Assembly: GCA_046754465.1 (NCBI GenBank)
Contig: JBHHVU010000043.1
Span: 1 to 27,331 of the forward strand
Reading direction: 5' to 3'
DNA length: 27,331 nt
DNA from: Nitrospinaceae bacterium
GTDB taxonomy: Bacteria > Nitrospinota > Nitrospinia > Nitrospinales > VA-1
The number at the start of each line of letters is the position of its first letter. The first letter of the stretch is position 1. Shown here in pieces: positions 8,624 through 18,701 of the stretch. The position numbers and the translations under genes were made by a program. Below the pieces are notes generated by a model that made no database searches, was not told where the DNA came from, and worked only from the letters and a program-made list of their open reading frames with translations.

Positions 8624-8794
8624 GATTAAAATCCTTTCCCGGGGTTCCCGATGGCGTCCGCGGGTACGGGCAACTCCCGGATGGGAATGAAGTGATATTT
8701 CGCTTCAGGAAAAAAGAGAGTATAAGCAAAATTTCAGATAAAAAAAAGATGTTTTGGGCTATCGGCGTGCCGATGTCAGATCGGGAAACTGGGA

Positions 8795-9571
8795 ATGTTT
8801 TCTTTTTTCGGGAAAAATTACTGGCGCTTCGGGTTTTATTCCAAATTGTACGATTGGCTGACCCCGGAGGCTTACAGGGAGTCCCTTCGACGCTCCGTCG
8901 AACAGGCCCCGGGGGGGGGCGCCAAGATTTGGCTGGATGCCGGATGCGGCTCCGGCCTCCTGCTGGAGGCCCTGCGAGACCGGATGGACCCAGGGTCATG
9001 CTACTTGGGCACCGATTTGTTGAAGTCGGGGTTGGAAAGCGGATGCGACAAGGCTCAATCCATGGGTCTGAATGGACAAAACCTATTTTTTAAAAGTGAT
9101 CTTACGAGACCCTTGCCGCTGCAGCCGTCATCGGTGGATGTCATTGTCGCCCATTTTTCGGTTTATACTTCGGCTTCGGTCGGAGACCGGCGGCGGATTT
9201 GGGAAAATTTACACCTTCCACTGAAACCCGGAGGGATTCTCGTGACCGTCAATCCGGTTCCTTCCTACGATCCCAAAAGAATTGTCCGACACAGCCTGGA
9301 AGAGGACAGGCGGCGTTACGGGAGTTTCCGTGCATTTATCAAAAAATGGTTCGTGTACCCCCTGACCCTGAATTTTGGATTGAAATTCGTGGCGAGGCGG
9401 CTTCGAAGGGGAGAATGGCACGCATATACCGGCGAAGGATTGATTGCGGAATTGCGGGCGGCGTCCTGGACCGTGGTCCACACGGAAACCGTTTACGGGG
9501 GTTGCGCCTGTCTCGCCGTGGCTCACGGGTTTCCCCCGGAAAGCGGGGAGCCCGGAAAGGATGAGGCGTGA
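8795..9571 (+). CDS. Class I SAM-dependent methyltransferase
   Basis: WLDAGCGSG, GTD, DLTRPLPL..SVDVIVAHFSVY and LKPGGILV motifs. Confidence 0.88.
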   Translation: MFSFFGKNYWRFGFYSKLYDWLTPEAYRESLRRSVEQAPGGGAKIWLDAGCGSGLLLEALRDRMDPGSCYLGTDLLKSGLESGCDKAQSMGLNGQNLFFKSDLTRPLPLQPSSVDVIVAHFSVYTSASVGDRRRIWENLHLPLKPGGILVTVNPVPSYDPKRIVRHSLEEDRRRYGSFRAFIKKWFVYPLTLNFGLKFVARRLRRGEWHAYTGEGLIAELRAASWTVVHTETVYGGCACLAVAHGFPPESGEPGKDEA

Positions 9572-9598
9572 AACTTCTTTTTGGAGAGTGAAGGCCGG

Positions 9599-10291
9599 TC
9601 AGCCCCGTTTTTTCTCACACCGCCCGCGTAACTCATTTACCAGGTTATGGGCCTGCCGGGTGGGTTCCGGTATGCGGTAAGACGCAGTGCACTCCAAAGT
9701 TCTCCGGACGGCGGTATCCAGATCAATTTTGTGTCCGACGGAAATAAAAATGGGCTTGCACCGTTCCCGGGAGCGGACCACCGCCCCGATCACCCTTTGA
9801 TCACTGTCCCTCAGCGGAGACACGGAACCTTTTTCTTCGCCGGGCGGATCGAAATTCCCCACCAGCCGGGTCTTGGCGCAGCCGATGGCGGGGCAATCCA
9901 GAATCCATCCCATATGACAGGCGAGTCCAAAGTTTCTGGGATGCGCCAGTCCCTGACCGTCAAAAAATATTAGTCCGGGCCGGGGATGCACTTTCTTAAA
10001 CAAACGTAGAAGAAGGGGCGCCTCGCGAAAAGAAAGCAGTCCCGGAACGTAGGGAAACGTGACTTCCCCTTCCAGCGTGAAACGGGCGAGTGTTTCCATG
10101 GAAGGGTATTTTAAAAGGACCACCCCGGCAAAAGCCCGGGAGGATTTTTTTTGCAGACTGATGTCTGCTCCGGCAACGATTTTCGGGGCCCATTTTCCTC
10201 CCTTGAGCCGCACCCGGGATGCCAGCCGTTTCTGGAGATCCACCGCCTCTTTCGGGGACAGGTTCCAGGAATGATGGTTTTTTATTTCCAT
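9599..10291 (-). CDS. nfi: Endonuclease V (deoxyinosine 3' endonuclease)
   Basis: Start ATG at 10291. VAGADIS, FPYVPGLLSFREAP, FFDGQGLAHPRNFGLACH and YRIPEPTRQAH motifs. Confidence 0.96.
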   Translation of the reverse strand: MEIKNHHSWNLSPKEAVDLQKRLASRVRLKGGKWAPKIVAGADISLQKKSSRAFAGVVLLKYPSMETLARFTLEGEVTFPYVPGLLSFREAPLLLRLFKKVHPRPGLIFFDGQGLAHPRNFGLACHMGWILDCPAIGCAKTRLVGNFDPPGEEKGSVSPLRDSDQRVIGAVVRSRERCKPIFISVGHKIDLDTAVRRTLECTASYRIPEPTRQAHNLVNELRGRCEKKRG

Positions 10292-11337
10292 GGTTCCAGG
10301 CCGATCCGTGCGCCCCCGTTTTGCCAGCTCGTGATCACCGCCTCGGTGAATTTCATGTACTCCACGCCCGTAGCGAAGGGGGTGAATTTGATTTTTTCCT
10401 TTCCCCGGATGGTGTTGATGAATTCTTCCTCCACCCGCCAGTGATTTTCCTTTTTCCGTGGAATTCGGATCTCCTCGAGTTTGCCGCCGGAACGGGACCC
10501 ATACCAGAGCTTCCCGTTGGGCGCGAATTCGCATTGAACCGTTCCCCGATCCCCGAAAATTTTTACCATGGGTGTTCCCGCGAAAAGACCCCTTTCACTG
10601 ATTAAAAAGGATCCGAGGATCCCGCTTTTTAACTCCATTTGCACGGAAAGGTAATCGGGGACCTCGATGGTCACGGGCTCGCCTGTTTCGGGGTCGATGG
10701 TTGTATCGTTGAATACCTGTCCCACGGCACTCACCCATTGGGCGGGAGGGAGCCAGCGCCGGAGGGATTCATAGAGAATTCCCAACACCATGGTGTTGAC
10801 GCCGGAATATTTCTTGTTTCTTCTCCAATGCAGGGCCTCGCCGGAAGGCGCCAGGGCCGCCGATTGGTAGTCGATGTGAAAATAGAGCAACCGGCCCAGG
10901 TCTCCATTCCCAATCAGGCCGTCGAGGGTGGAGTCTACCCGAAACGTAAATGGCGCAGGAACCAGTTGCGAGACCAGGTGCGGATGTTTCAGGGAAACCC
11001 GGAGCATTTTTTGCGCTTCATGTGCGTTCATGGCCATCCGGGCTTCGCAGAGAACGTGTTTTCCCGATTCCAGGGCCAAACAGGCGGCATCGCAATGGAG
11101 GTAGGGCCAGGTGCCGATCACCACCGCATCGACATCCCTTGAAGTGGCCACCTGTTTCCAGTCGCCGCAGACGGCCGGAATGCCAAACTCCCGGGCCACT
11201 TTTTGGCCGGAGTCCAGAGTGCGGTTGGCGACTTTTACAATTTCGACTCCCGGCAGGGCCTGTAGTTTGGGGATATGCATCTTGCGGGAATTTTGACCCG
11301 CGCCGATGAATCCTATTTTGATAGTGTCGGCGGCCAT
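10282..11337 (-). CDS. Gfo/Idh/MocA family oxidoreductase
   Basis: IKIGFIGAG Rossmann motif, VDAVVIGTWPYLH and GKHVLCEARMA. Overlaps the nfi start by 10 nt. Confidence 0.92.
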   Translation of the reverse strand: MAADTIKIGFIGAGQNSRKMHIPKLQALPGVEIVKVANRTLDSGQKVAREFGIPAVCGDWKQVATSRDVDAVVIGTWPYLHCDAACLALESGKHVLCEARMAMNAHEAQKMLRVSLKHPHLVSQLVPAPFTFRVDSTLDGLIGNGDLGRLLYFHIDYQSAALAPSGEALHWRRNKKYSGVNTMVLGILYESLRRWLPPAQWVSAVGQVFNDTTIDPETGEPVTIEVPDYLSVQMELKSGILGSFLISERGLFAGTPMVKIFGDRGTVQCEFAPNGKLWYGSRSGGKLEEIRIPRKKENHWRVEEEFINTIRGKEKIKFTPFATGVEYMKFTEAVITSWQNGGARIGLEPWK

Positions 11338-11362
11338 GTTTGCAAGAGCCGTAAAGGGATGC

Positions 11363-12523
11363 TTATAATCCGGCGTCTTTTTTCAGGGCCGCGGCTTTAT
11401 CGGTCTGTTCCCAGGTGAACCCTTTTTCATTTCTTCCAAAATGGCCGTAGGCGGCGGTGGGAGTGTATTTGGGTTTGATCAGGTCCAGGGATTCGATGAT
11501 GCCCGCGGGTTTCAATTTAAAATGGGCGCGGATTAAATCTTCCAGGATATCGGGATTGACTTTGCAGGTGCCGAAGGTTTCGACGAAGATGGAAACGGGG
11601 ACGGCCACCCCGATGGCATAGGCGAGCTGCACCTCGCACCGGTCTGCGATATTCGCGGCCACCAGGTTTTTGGCGATGTAGCGGGCCATGTAGGCGGCGG
11701 AGCGGTCCACCTTGGAAGGATCCTTTCCGGAGAAGGCGCCGCCCCCGTGGCGGGAAAACCCGCCGTAGGTATCCACGATAATTTTTCTGCCGGTCAGGCC
11801 GCAGTCTCCGTGTGGCCCCCCCACCACGAACCGGCCGGTGGGATTGATGTGAATTTTCATTTTTTTGTGGCGGAAGTTCTCGGGAAGGATTTTGTTGATG
11901 ACTTGTTCGGTGATGTCCGCCCGCAGTTTTTTATTGGACACCTTGGGGTTGTGTTGAGTGGATATGACGACTGTTTCAATGCATTTCGGTTTGTGGTTTT
12001 CGTATCGCACCGAGACCTGCGATTTGCTGTCGGGCCGGAGGTAGGGGAGGGTTCCCTTTTTCCTCAGTTTGGCTAATTCCCGCACCAGTTTATGGGCGTA
12101 CATGATCGGCATGGGCATGAGTTCCCGTGTTTCGTTGCTGGCGTAGCCGAACATCATGCCCTGGTCGCCGGCGCCCTGGTCCTGCTTGTCATGGCTCACA
12201 CCCCGGGCAATGTCTCCCGATTGCTCGTCGAATGCGACGAGAACACCGCAGGTTTCAAAATCGAATCCCATTTCAGAATGGGAGTAACCGATGTTTTCAA
12301 TGGTTTTTCGAATGACCCGGGGCACCTCGATATAACAGTCGGTGGTGATCTCTCCCGCCACCACGGCGAATCCCGTAGTTACCATGGTTTCACAGGCGAC
12401 CCGGGCCCGGGGGTCTTTTTCCAGAATCGCGTCTAGAATGGCATCGGAAATCTGATCGGCGATTTTGTCCGGGTGCCCCTCGGAAACGGATTCCGAGGTG
12501 AAGAGAAAGTTTCCTGGATTCAT
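11363..12523 (-). CDS. metK: S-adenosylmethionine synthetase
   Basis: [26 protein letters not shown] and [16 protein letters not shown] motifs. Confidence 0.99.
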   Translation of the reverse strand: MNPGNFLFTSESVSEGHPDKIADQISDAILDAILEKDPRARVACETMVTTGFAVVAGEITTDCYIEVPRVIRKTIENIGYSHSEMGFDFETCGVLVAFDEQSGDIARGVSHDKQDQGAGDQGMMFGYASNETRELMPMPIMYAHKLVRELAKLRKKGTLPYLRPDSKSQVSVRYENHKPKCIETVVISTQHNPKVSNKKLRADITEQVINKILPENFRHKKMKIHINPTGRFVVGGPHGDCGLTGRKIIVDTYGGFSRHGGGAFSGKDPSKVDRSAAYMARYIAKNLVAANIADRCEVQLAYAIGVAVPVSIFVETFGTCKVNPDILEDLIRAHFKLKPAGIIESLDLIKPKYTPTAAYGHFGRNEKGFTWEQTDKAAALKKDAGL

Positions 12524-12597
12524 AAAACGTCCTTGTGGTTGAAGGTTTCAAGTGTAAAAAAGAGCCGTAACATGAAGATGGGCCAGACTCCCGGGAT

Positions 12598-14385
12598 TTA
12601 AGGGTGATCTTTTGAAACAGGTATGGGTTTTTCATTGAAATTCAAGTTCCGGTCGAAATCGGAGGGGAATTTCCTTTGCATTTCGGAGATGACGAATCGA
12701 TTGATCTCCTCGGTGGACGCGAGGCCGAGAACCTCCGCCGCCATTTGTCTGGCATCCTCGAGACTGATTTTCCGGATGATTTTTTTTACCTTCGGGATGG
12801 CATGGGGTTCCATGCTCAATTCGTCCAGTTTGCCCAGTCCAAGAAGAATCATCGTGGCCATGGGGTCGCCGCCCAGTTCCCCGCAGATGGATATGGCCTT
12901 TCCCGAACCCTCCACCGCGTCGAATATGATTTTAAGCGTTTTCAAAACCGACGGATGGAAGGGCTGGTAGAGTTGCGCCACGTTTTCATTAGTCCGGTCC
13001 ACGGCAAGGAGGTATTGAATCAGGTCATTGGTTCCAATACTGAGGAAATCAATTTCAGGCAATATATGTTCCACACAGATGGCCGCGGCCGGTGTCTCGA
13101 TCATGGCTCCGACTTCGATATCCTCATTGAAGGGGATTTGCTCGTTGCGGAGATCATTTTTCGCTTCTTCCAGCAGCCGGTTGGCCTCCACCACTTCATC
13201 GACGGCGGAGATCATGGGGTACAGTATTTTGATGTCTCCATACAGACTGGCGCGCAGTATTCCCTTCAACTGGATGACGAAGATATCCGGGCTGGAAAGC
13301 GACAGGCGAATCCCGCGTAACCCCAGCGCCGGGTTATCCTCCGATTCGCTGGAGATATCCGGCAGGCATTTATCCATCCCAATGTCCAGCGTCCGGATCA
13401 CCACGGGAAAGGGGTCCATGCCTTGGGCCACTTTCTTGAAGGTTTCGTAAAGGTCGTTTTCCGTGGGCAGGTTCTGGGACATGATGTAGAGGAACTCCGT
13501 CCGGTACAATCCAACCCCTTCCGCCCCGAACTTTCTCAGCGATTTGATTTCATGGGGCGATTCGATGTTGGCGAGGAGTTTGACCTGAAATCCATCCCGG
13601 GTTTCCGCGGGTTGGTGGATATCCGCCAGAAGCGATTGTTCGTAACGCTGGTAGCTAGCCTGCTTTTTACGGTAATGTTCGAGTTGTTCCTCCGAGGGAT
13701 TGATGAGGATATTACCCTCGATCCCATCGATGATGATCTGGTCGCCGGTGTTGATTTGTGAGGTCAGGTCCTTCACGCCGCCGACGGCAGGAATCCCCAA
13801 GGCCGATGCGAATATGCCGACGTGGGAAGTTTTCCCCCCGGCCTCCGTGGCCAAACCCAGGACGAAATTTTTCGGCATGATGATCGTGTCGGAGGGACTC
13901 AAGGCGTGGGAAACCAGGATGACAGGTTCCTCAATGTCGGACAGGCTTTCCTGGCTGTGTCCGATCAGGTTTCTCAATACGCCGTGAACCACCAGGTCGA
14001 GGTCGTCCTTCTTGCCTTTGAGGTACTCGTCGTTGATGTTGTTGAAGAGCCGGGTGAATTTTTGCAGGGTTTCGGTTAAAGCCCATTCGGCGTTCAACCG
14101 GTAATTCTTGATGTTTTCAATCGTGTCGCAAACCAGGATTTCATCTTCAAGCAGCAGGGTGTAGGTGTCCAGGATGACGGCGTATTTGTCCGCCACTTTA
14201 CTGGCCCGTTTTTTGATTTCCTGCATTTGCATCTTGGCCTTTTCGATGGCCTGGCGGAACCGCTGGATTTCCGGCTCCACTTCGTCCGGTTCCAGCGTTT
14301 GCTTCAAGATGCAAAATTTGGATCGGTCGAGAAGATAAGCTTTCCCGATGGCCACGCCTTTGGATAAAGAGAATCCTTGAAACAC
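12598..14385 (-). CDS. ptsI: Phosphoenolpyruvate-protein phosphotransferase (PTS enzyme I, no GAF domain)
   Basis: GGKTSH phospho-His motif, GVGLYRTEF, RTLDIG, NPALGLRGIR, SIGTNDLIQY and ICGE. GTG start with AAGGA RBS. Confidence 0.96.
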   Translation of the reverse strand: MFQGFSLSKGVAIGKAYLLDRSKFCILKQTLEPDEVEPEIQRFRQAIEKAKMQMQEIKKRASKVADKYAVILDTYTLLLEDEILVCDTIENIKNYRLNAEWALTETLQKFTRLFNNINDEYLKGKKDDLDLVVHGVLRNLIGHSQESLSDIEEPVILVSHALSPSDTIIMPKNFVLGLATEAGGKTSHVGIFASALGIPAVGGVKDLTSQINTGDQIIIDGIEGNILINPSEEQLEHYRKKQASYQRYEQSLLADIHQPAETRDGFQVKLLANIESPHEIKSLRKFGAEGVGLYRTEFLYIMSQNLPTENDLYETFKKVAQGMDPFPVVIRTLDIGMDKCLPDISSESEDNPALGLRGIRLSLSSPDIFVIQLKGILRASLYGDIKILYPMISAVDEVVEANRLLEEAKNDLRNEQIPFNEDIEVGAMIETPAAAICVEHILPEIDFLSIGTNDLIQYLLAVDRTNENVAQLYQPFHPSVLKTLKIIFDAVEGSGKAISICGELGGDPMATMILLGLGKLDELSMEPHAIPKVKKIIRKISLEDARQMAAEVLGLASTEEINRFVISEMQRKFPSDFDRNLNFNEKPIPVSKDHP

Positions 14386-14468
14386 TTAAAATCCTTCCGG
14401 GGGTGGTTATTATTTATGACGCGTTATGAGGAAGCAGACAGGAACCCATGCCTTTTCCGGGAGTGGAA

Positions 14469-14933
14469 TTAAATGAACTTGGAATCTTCCTCAATGAGAA
14501 CCGAATAAATCTCGTCTTTTCCCTGGGCTTTCAAGATTCCCTGGCGCAGGTCCTGGTTCTTCAGCAGTCTGGAAATTCGTGCCAGGGCTTTCAGATGATG
14601 GCCAGTGGAATTGGCCGGAGCGATTACCAGGCAAACGAAATACACCGGTTTCTTGTCCAGGGAATCGAAATCGATCCCTTCCACCGACCGCCCGAACATG
14701 GCAAGAATATCGTTGATCTCATCCGATTTCGCATGGGGGATAGCGACATTTTCCCCGATTCCAGTGCTGCCGAGTTTTTCCCGCTCGATGAGAGACTCGA
14801 AAAGGGTTTGCTTGTTTTTTATCGCACCGGTTTTTCCCAGGAAATCGGTCATTTCCCGAAGAACACTTACTTTATCTTTTCCGGTCAAATCGGCAAGGAT
14901 GAAATCCTTTTTCAGAATCTCGTTGATTTTCAT
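14469..14933 (-). CDS. ptsN: PTS EIIA (Ntr/fructose-type)
   Basis: ERE.LGSTGIG..VAIPHA and FDSLD.KPV motifs. Canonical position downstream of rpoN-hpf. Confidence 0.92.
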   Translation of the reverse strand: MKINEILKKDFILADLTGKDKVSVLREMTDFLGKTGAIKNKQTLFESLIEREKLGSTGIGENVAIPHAKSDEINDILAMFGRSVEGIDFDSLDKKPVYFVCLVIAPANSTGHHLKALARISRLLKNQDLRQGILKAQGKDEIYSVLIEEDSKFI

Positions 14934-14978
14934 AGGTAGAAGCTGACGTGTGATTCAAAAGATCGGTGAGGCGCCGAT

Positions 14979-15308
14979 TTATTCCTGGAGTTTGTTTTTT
15001 TCCAAAGTGCCCTGTTTGATTCTTAGATCCTTGGCCCGTTCCTTATGCTTGCGCAGTTGTTTTTCGATTTTTACCAGGGCATTGTCCATCGCGGTGTAGA
15101 GATCATTGGTTTCCTCCTCGCTGTGGACGGTGAATCCCTTGGTTTTGACCGTGACTTCGGCGAAATGTCTGTGTTTTTCCACCGACAGGGATACATGAAC
15201 ATCGGCCCGTTGCCCCAGGTCCTCAATGGTTTTTTTCATTTTTCGTTCCAAATGATTCCGGATGGCCTCGGTGATCTCCATTTTTCTTCCGGTCACGGTC
15301 AATTTCAT
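14979..15308 (-). CDS. hpf: Ribosome hibernation promoting factor (short HPF/RaiA)
   Basis: MKLTVTGRKMEITEAIR...DLYTAMDNALVKIEKQLRKHKE. Directly downstream of rpoN. Confidence 0.93.
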   Translation of the reverse strand: MKLTVTGRKMEITEAIRNHLERKMKKTIEDLGQRADVHVSLSVEKHRHFAEVTVKTKGFTVHSEEETNDLYTAMDNALVKIEKQLRKHKERAKDLRIKQGTLEKNKLQE

Positions 15309-15413
15309 TTGATTTCTCCTGATCTGCGAAAATGCGATTGGTCCGATCGAAGTTTCAGGGTTGCTAGGTTAGTTTAGGTGAAAAGGAATTTCAAGCTAGG
15401 AAACGCGGTGTGT

Positions 15414-16847
15414 TCAAAATATTTTCTTTCTTTTGCTTGCCGGCGGGATATTTAATTCTTTCCGATATTTTGTGACGGTTCTCCGGGCGATTTTGGCGTT
15501 TTTCCGCATGAGGGACTGAACCATTTCATCGTCGGTCAATGGGGTTTTGGGGTCTTCCCCGGCGATGATTTCCTGGATCATGCTTTTCACGCGGACCGAG
15601 GAAAGGTGATTCCCCATATATGATTTGATACCACTGTGAAAAAAGAACTTGAGCTCGAAAATTCCTTGGGGAGTGTCTATATATTTATTGGTCGTTATTC
15701 GACTCACCGTGGATTCATGCATTTCAATATCCCGGGCCACATCCTTCAATACCATGGGTTTGAGATAGGACAACCCTTGGTCCAGAAATTCCTTCTGCAA
15801 TTTTACGATGCTTTTCCCCACCTTGTAAATTGTTTGCCGCCTCTGGTCAATACTTTTTATCAGCCATAACGCCGATCTGTATTTGTTTTCAAGGTATTCC
15901 TTGGTCTGTCCTTCCTTGGTCCGGTTTAACAGGTCCTGATAGAACGGGTTGATCCGCAGGCGGGGTACGCCCTCGTCGTTCAACATGACATCGTACCCCT
16001 TTTCGGTTTTGACCACAACTATGTCGGGGGTGACGTAATCGATTCCTTCGCTGCTGAAGGCCACTCCCGGTTTGGGGTTGAATTCTTTTATCCGCTGGAC
16101 CGTCTGGATGATATTTTCCACGCTGACTTTCAATTCGGCCGCGAGCTTGTGGAAATAACGTTCCTCGAGCCGCTCGAGGTAAGAGTCGATCAGGGTTTCC
16201 AGCAAGGGGTCCCGGTCGGGCAGGGATTGGGCCTGAAGCATCAAACATTCCTTGAGTGACCGAGCACCCACGCCGGTGGGTTCGAATCCCTGGATAATTT
16301 TCAGGATGCGGAGCACCTCCTCTTCGGGAGCATGGGCGATTTCGGCGATCTCTCCCAGTTCTGCGCAAAGGTATCCATCACTCTGGATATTGCCGATGAT
16401 GCACTGACCGATGAATTTATCCCGGTCCGAATCCACGGACAGGTCCAATTGCCATTGCAGATGATCCGAAAGGGAGGGGTCTTTTTTGTAAGTGGCTTCA
16501 ATCGAGGGTCTTTCGGTGTAGCTTTCGACCGAACTGCCGTTGTCTATGTTGTTTTGGATGAAGCTTTCCCAATCGATTTCCTGTTCCGCGGCCACGGCGT
16601 CGGTGGGAGGCTCGGTCTCTTCCCCGGCGGGTTCATCGGCGGCGGGTTCATCCTCGGAGGTTTTATCGGGTTTTAAGTCTTCCTCTTCCTGGATTTCCTC
16701 CAGGACGGGGTTTTCGGTAATTTCCTGCCGGACGAGTTGGGCCAATTCCAGACGGGCCAGGGGCAGCAGCTTGATGGCCTGCTGCAACATGGGAGTCATC
16801 ACCAATTTTTGGCTCATCTTTAAATTCAGTCTCATTTCCATGGCCAT
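15414..16847 (-). CDS. rpoN: RNA polymerase sigma-54 factor
   Basis: Region I QKLVMTPMLQQAIKLL, HESTVSR helix-turn-helix and RpoN box ARRTVTKYR. Confidence 0.99.
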   Translation of the reverse strand: MAMEMRLNLKMSQKLVMTPMLQQAIKLLPLARLELAQLVRQEITENPVLEEIQEEEDLKPDKTSEDEPAADEPAGEETEPPTDAVAAEQEIDWESFIQNNIDNGSSVESYTERPSIEATYKKDPSLSDHLQWQLDLSVDSDRDKFIGQCIIGNIQSDGYLCAELGEIAEIAHAPEEEVLRILKIIQGFEPTGVGARSLKECLMLQAQSLPDRDPLLETLIDSYLERLEERYFHKLAAELKVSVENIIQTVQRIKEFNPKPGVAFSSEGIDYVTPDIVVVKTEKGYDVMLNDEGVPRLRINPFYQDLLNRTKEGQTKEYLENKYRSALWLIKSIDQRRQTIYKVGKSIVKLQKEFLDQGLSYLKPMVLKDVARDIEMHESTVSRITTNKYIDTPQGIFELKFFFHSGIKSYMGNHLSSVRVKSMIQEIIAGEDPKTPLTDDEMVQSLMRKNAKIARRTVTKYRKELNIPPASKRKKIF

Positions 16848-16861
16848 AAAATCCGCTCTCC

Positions 16862-17587
16862 CTAAAACGAAAATTCATTTCCCAGGTAAATCTGTTTCAC
16901 TTTTGCATCCTGCGCCACTTTCGAGGGCAACCCGGAACAAATGATTTCACCCTCGTTGATGATATAAGCCCGGTCGGTAATGCTTAGAGTTTCCCTGACG
17001 TTGTGGTCGGTGATCAAGACACCGATGCCCTTATCCTTGAGGTGGGCGATGATGGACTGTATGTCCGCCACGGCGATGGGGTCGATGCCCGCGAAAGGCT
17101 CGTCCAGCAATATGAAAACCGGCGAGGTCGCGAGTGCCCGGCTGATTTCCACCCTCCGGCGCTCGCCGCCGGACAGCGAATAAGCCTTGGCGTTTTTGAT
17201 ATGGAGAATGTTGAGTTCTCGGAGAAGAGCCCGTGCACGTTTTTTCCGGTCGAAACTGGAAAGTTTCTGGGTTTCCAGCACCGCCAAGATATTTTCTTCA
17301 ACCGTCAATTTCCGGAAAACCGAAGGTTCCTGGGGGAGGTAGCTCATTCCCTTTTTTGCCCTGAGGTGCATGGGAAAATGGGTGACGTCCTCATCGTCCA
17401 GAAGCACTTTCCCCTGGTCCGGCCGGGTCAGGCCCACCACCATATAAAAAGTCGTGGTTTTGCCCGCCCCGTTGGGGCCAAGCAATCCCACCGTTTCTCC
17501 ACGTTTGACATCGATGCTGACTTGTTTGACGACCTCGCGTTTCCTGAAGGACTTTACCAGGTTGATCGTTCTTAAACCTTCCGCCAT
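16862..17587 (-). CDS. lptB: LPS export ABC transporter ATP-binding protein
   Basis: [46 protein letters not shown] and [10 protein letters not shown] motifs. Confidence 0.97.
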   Translation of the reverse strand: MAEGLRTINLVKSFRKREVVKQVSIDVKRGETVGLLGPNGAGKTTTFYMVVGLTRPDQGKVLLDDEDVTHFPMHLRAKKGMSYLPQEPSVFRKLTVEENILAVLETQKLSSFDRKKRARALLRELNILHIKNAKAYSLSGGERRRVEISRALATSPVFILLDEPFAGIDPIAVADIQSIIAHLKDKGIGVLITDHNVRETLSITDRAYIINEGEIICSGLPSKVAQDAKVKQIYLGNEFSF

Positions 17588-17608
17588 TACTTTTTCTTTG
17601 AAGAGATT

Positions 17609-18184
17609 TTATTTTTTTGCGTCAACCCAGATTTTTTTTTTATAGCTCCCTCGTTCTTTGGATTTCTTTTTTTTCTTCTTGTCTGAATCGGGGAATAATT
17701 TCATGCGCACCCTTTCATTAACCACGAACCGATCCTTCTCCAGCAAAAAGATCATCTCTTTGCCTTCGATGACGTTTTGATCCTCCCAGGCTATCGCGCG
17801 TGGGGACCCGGTCAGTATAATTTTTTGCAATTTGTCCAGGTACACCGCCCGGTCGCCCTTGGCCTTTTTATTGGCTCGGGTAATGATCACATTGCCTATG
17901 GCCACGATCTCATCGGTTTCATTTTTATTTTCTTCCGAGTTATAGATTTCCAGGATATCGGAAGTGATTTTCAAATCTCCCCACAGTCCTACCACGTTTC
18001 CGGAAAAGATGATTTTCTGGCCCCCCTTTTCCGACCGCATCCTGTCCGATGTAATTTCAATGGGTTTTTCCCTGTCGGCATTGAACCCTTCCTTCAAACT
18101 GGTTTGGGCCAAAACCACGGGGGACAGGAGGGAGCCCAAAAGAAGAGAAAATACAAGAAGTTTAGCCCAATTGATATGTTCCAC
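17609..18184 (-). CDS. lptA: LPS transport periplasmic protein LptA
   Basis: Signal peptide, PIEITSD, FSGNV, A.GNV.I and GDRAVY (OstA-like beta-jellyroll pattern). Lies between lptC and lptB. Confidence 0.9.
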   Translation of the reverse strand: MEHINWAKLLVFSLLLGSLLSPVVLAQTSLKEGFNADREKPIEITSDRMRSEKGGQKIIFSGNVVGLWGDLKITSDILEIYNSEENKNETDEIVAIGNVIITRANKKAKGDRAVYLDKLQKIILTGSPRAIAWEDQNVIEGKEMIFLLEKDRFVVNERVRMKLFPDSDKKKKKKSKERGSYKKKIWVDAKK

Positions 18185-18205
18185 GGCGAATCAGGAGGAT
18201 GCGGT

Positions 18206-18625
18206 TTATGGGGTCGATGAGACCTTTTGAGGCCCCAACTGTTTCTTGAAAAGCTTTAAATTTCCAACCATTTTCACGTTTCCTCGCAAATCAATATCCT
18301 TGTTTTCGTTTGTCAGGGTGCCGAAATCGGCGGAAACGAGCAACTCCTGTTTTTGCTTGCGGGTTAAAATCAATTCGACATTTTTCAGCCGGGTGAGCTT
18401 CTCCTTTTCATTCACCTGGGCCAGGTCCGCTTTCAATTCCCAGTTTTTCTGGCCCGACACTTGGTGCACTACCTTGAAATTTTCAATTTCAACATCGACG
18501 CCCTTCAAAGCATTTCCCAGTTTGTGATGGACCACCAAATTGGTCTGGGACAGAAATTTATAGCCTGACCATCCAAGGATCGAAACCACCAAAACCAATA
18601 ATATCCGGCGGACAATATTCGTCAT
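18206..18625 (-). CDS. lptC: LPS export protein LptC (short, 139 aa)
   Basis: N-terminal TM helix, WELKAD.A and VSADFG...IDLRGNV. Synteny with lptA and lptB. Confidence 0.8.
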   Translation of the reverse strand: MTNIVRRILLVLVVSILGWSGYKFLSQTNLVVHHKLGNALKGVDVEIENFKVVHQVSGQKNWELKADLAQVNEKEKLTRLKNVELILTRKQKQELLVSADFGTLTNENKDIDLRGNVKMVGNLKLFKKQLGPQKVSSTP

Positions 18626-18658
18626 TAATTATTTATTATTGAATTAGTTATAAAATTA

Positions 18659-18674
18659 TGCAAATGCCATACCA
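18659..18674 (-). promoter_or_regulatory. sigma54 (-24/-12) promoter-like site upstream of lptC-lptA-lptB-rpoN
   Basis: Minus strand TGGTATGGCATTTGCA has exact GG-N10-GC spacing with TTGCA, and lies about 33 nt upstream of the lptC ATG in the tsaE-lptC gap. Confidence 0.6.
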
Positions 18675-18701
18675 AGGTTAAAATGATGACACAGGCCAGC
18701 G

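Noticed and set aside
10292..10534. 81-aa N-terminal extension of endonuclease V given by the ORF track
   Set aside because: It overlaps the Gfo/Idh/MocA gene in another frame. EndoV-like sequence begins at ATG 10291.
12524..12597. SAM riboswitch upstream of metK
   Set aside because: The gap is only 74 nt and shows no SAM-I/II core motifs.
17609..17690. Poly-A tracts and Lys-rich tail of lptA as a possible frameshift
   Set aside because: The ORF is intact and ends 21 nt before lptB. Basic low-complexity tails are unremarkable.
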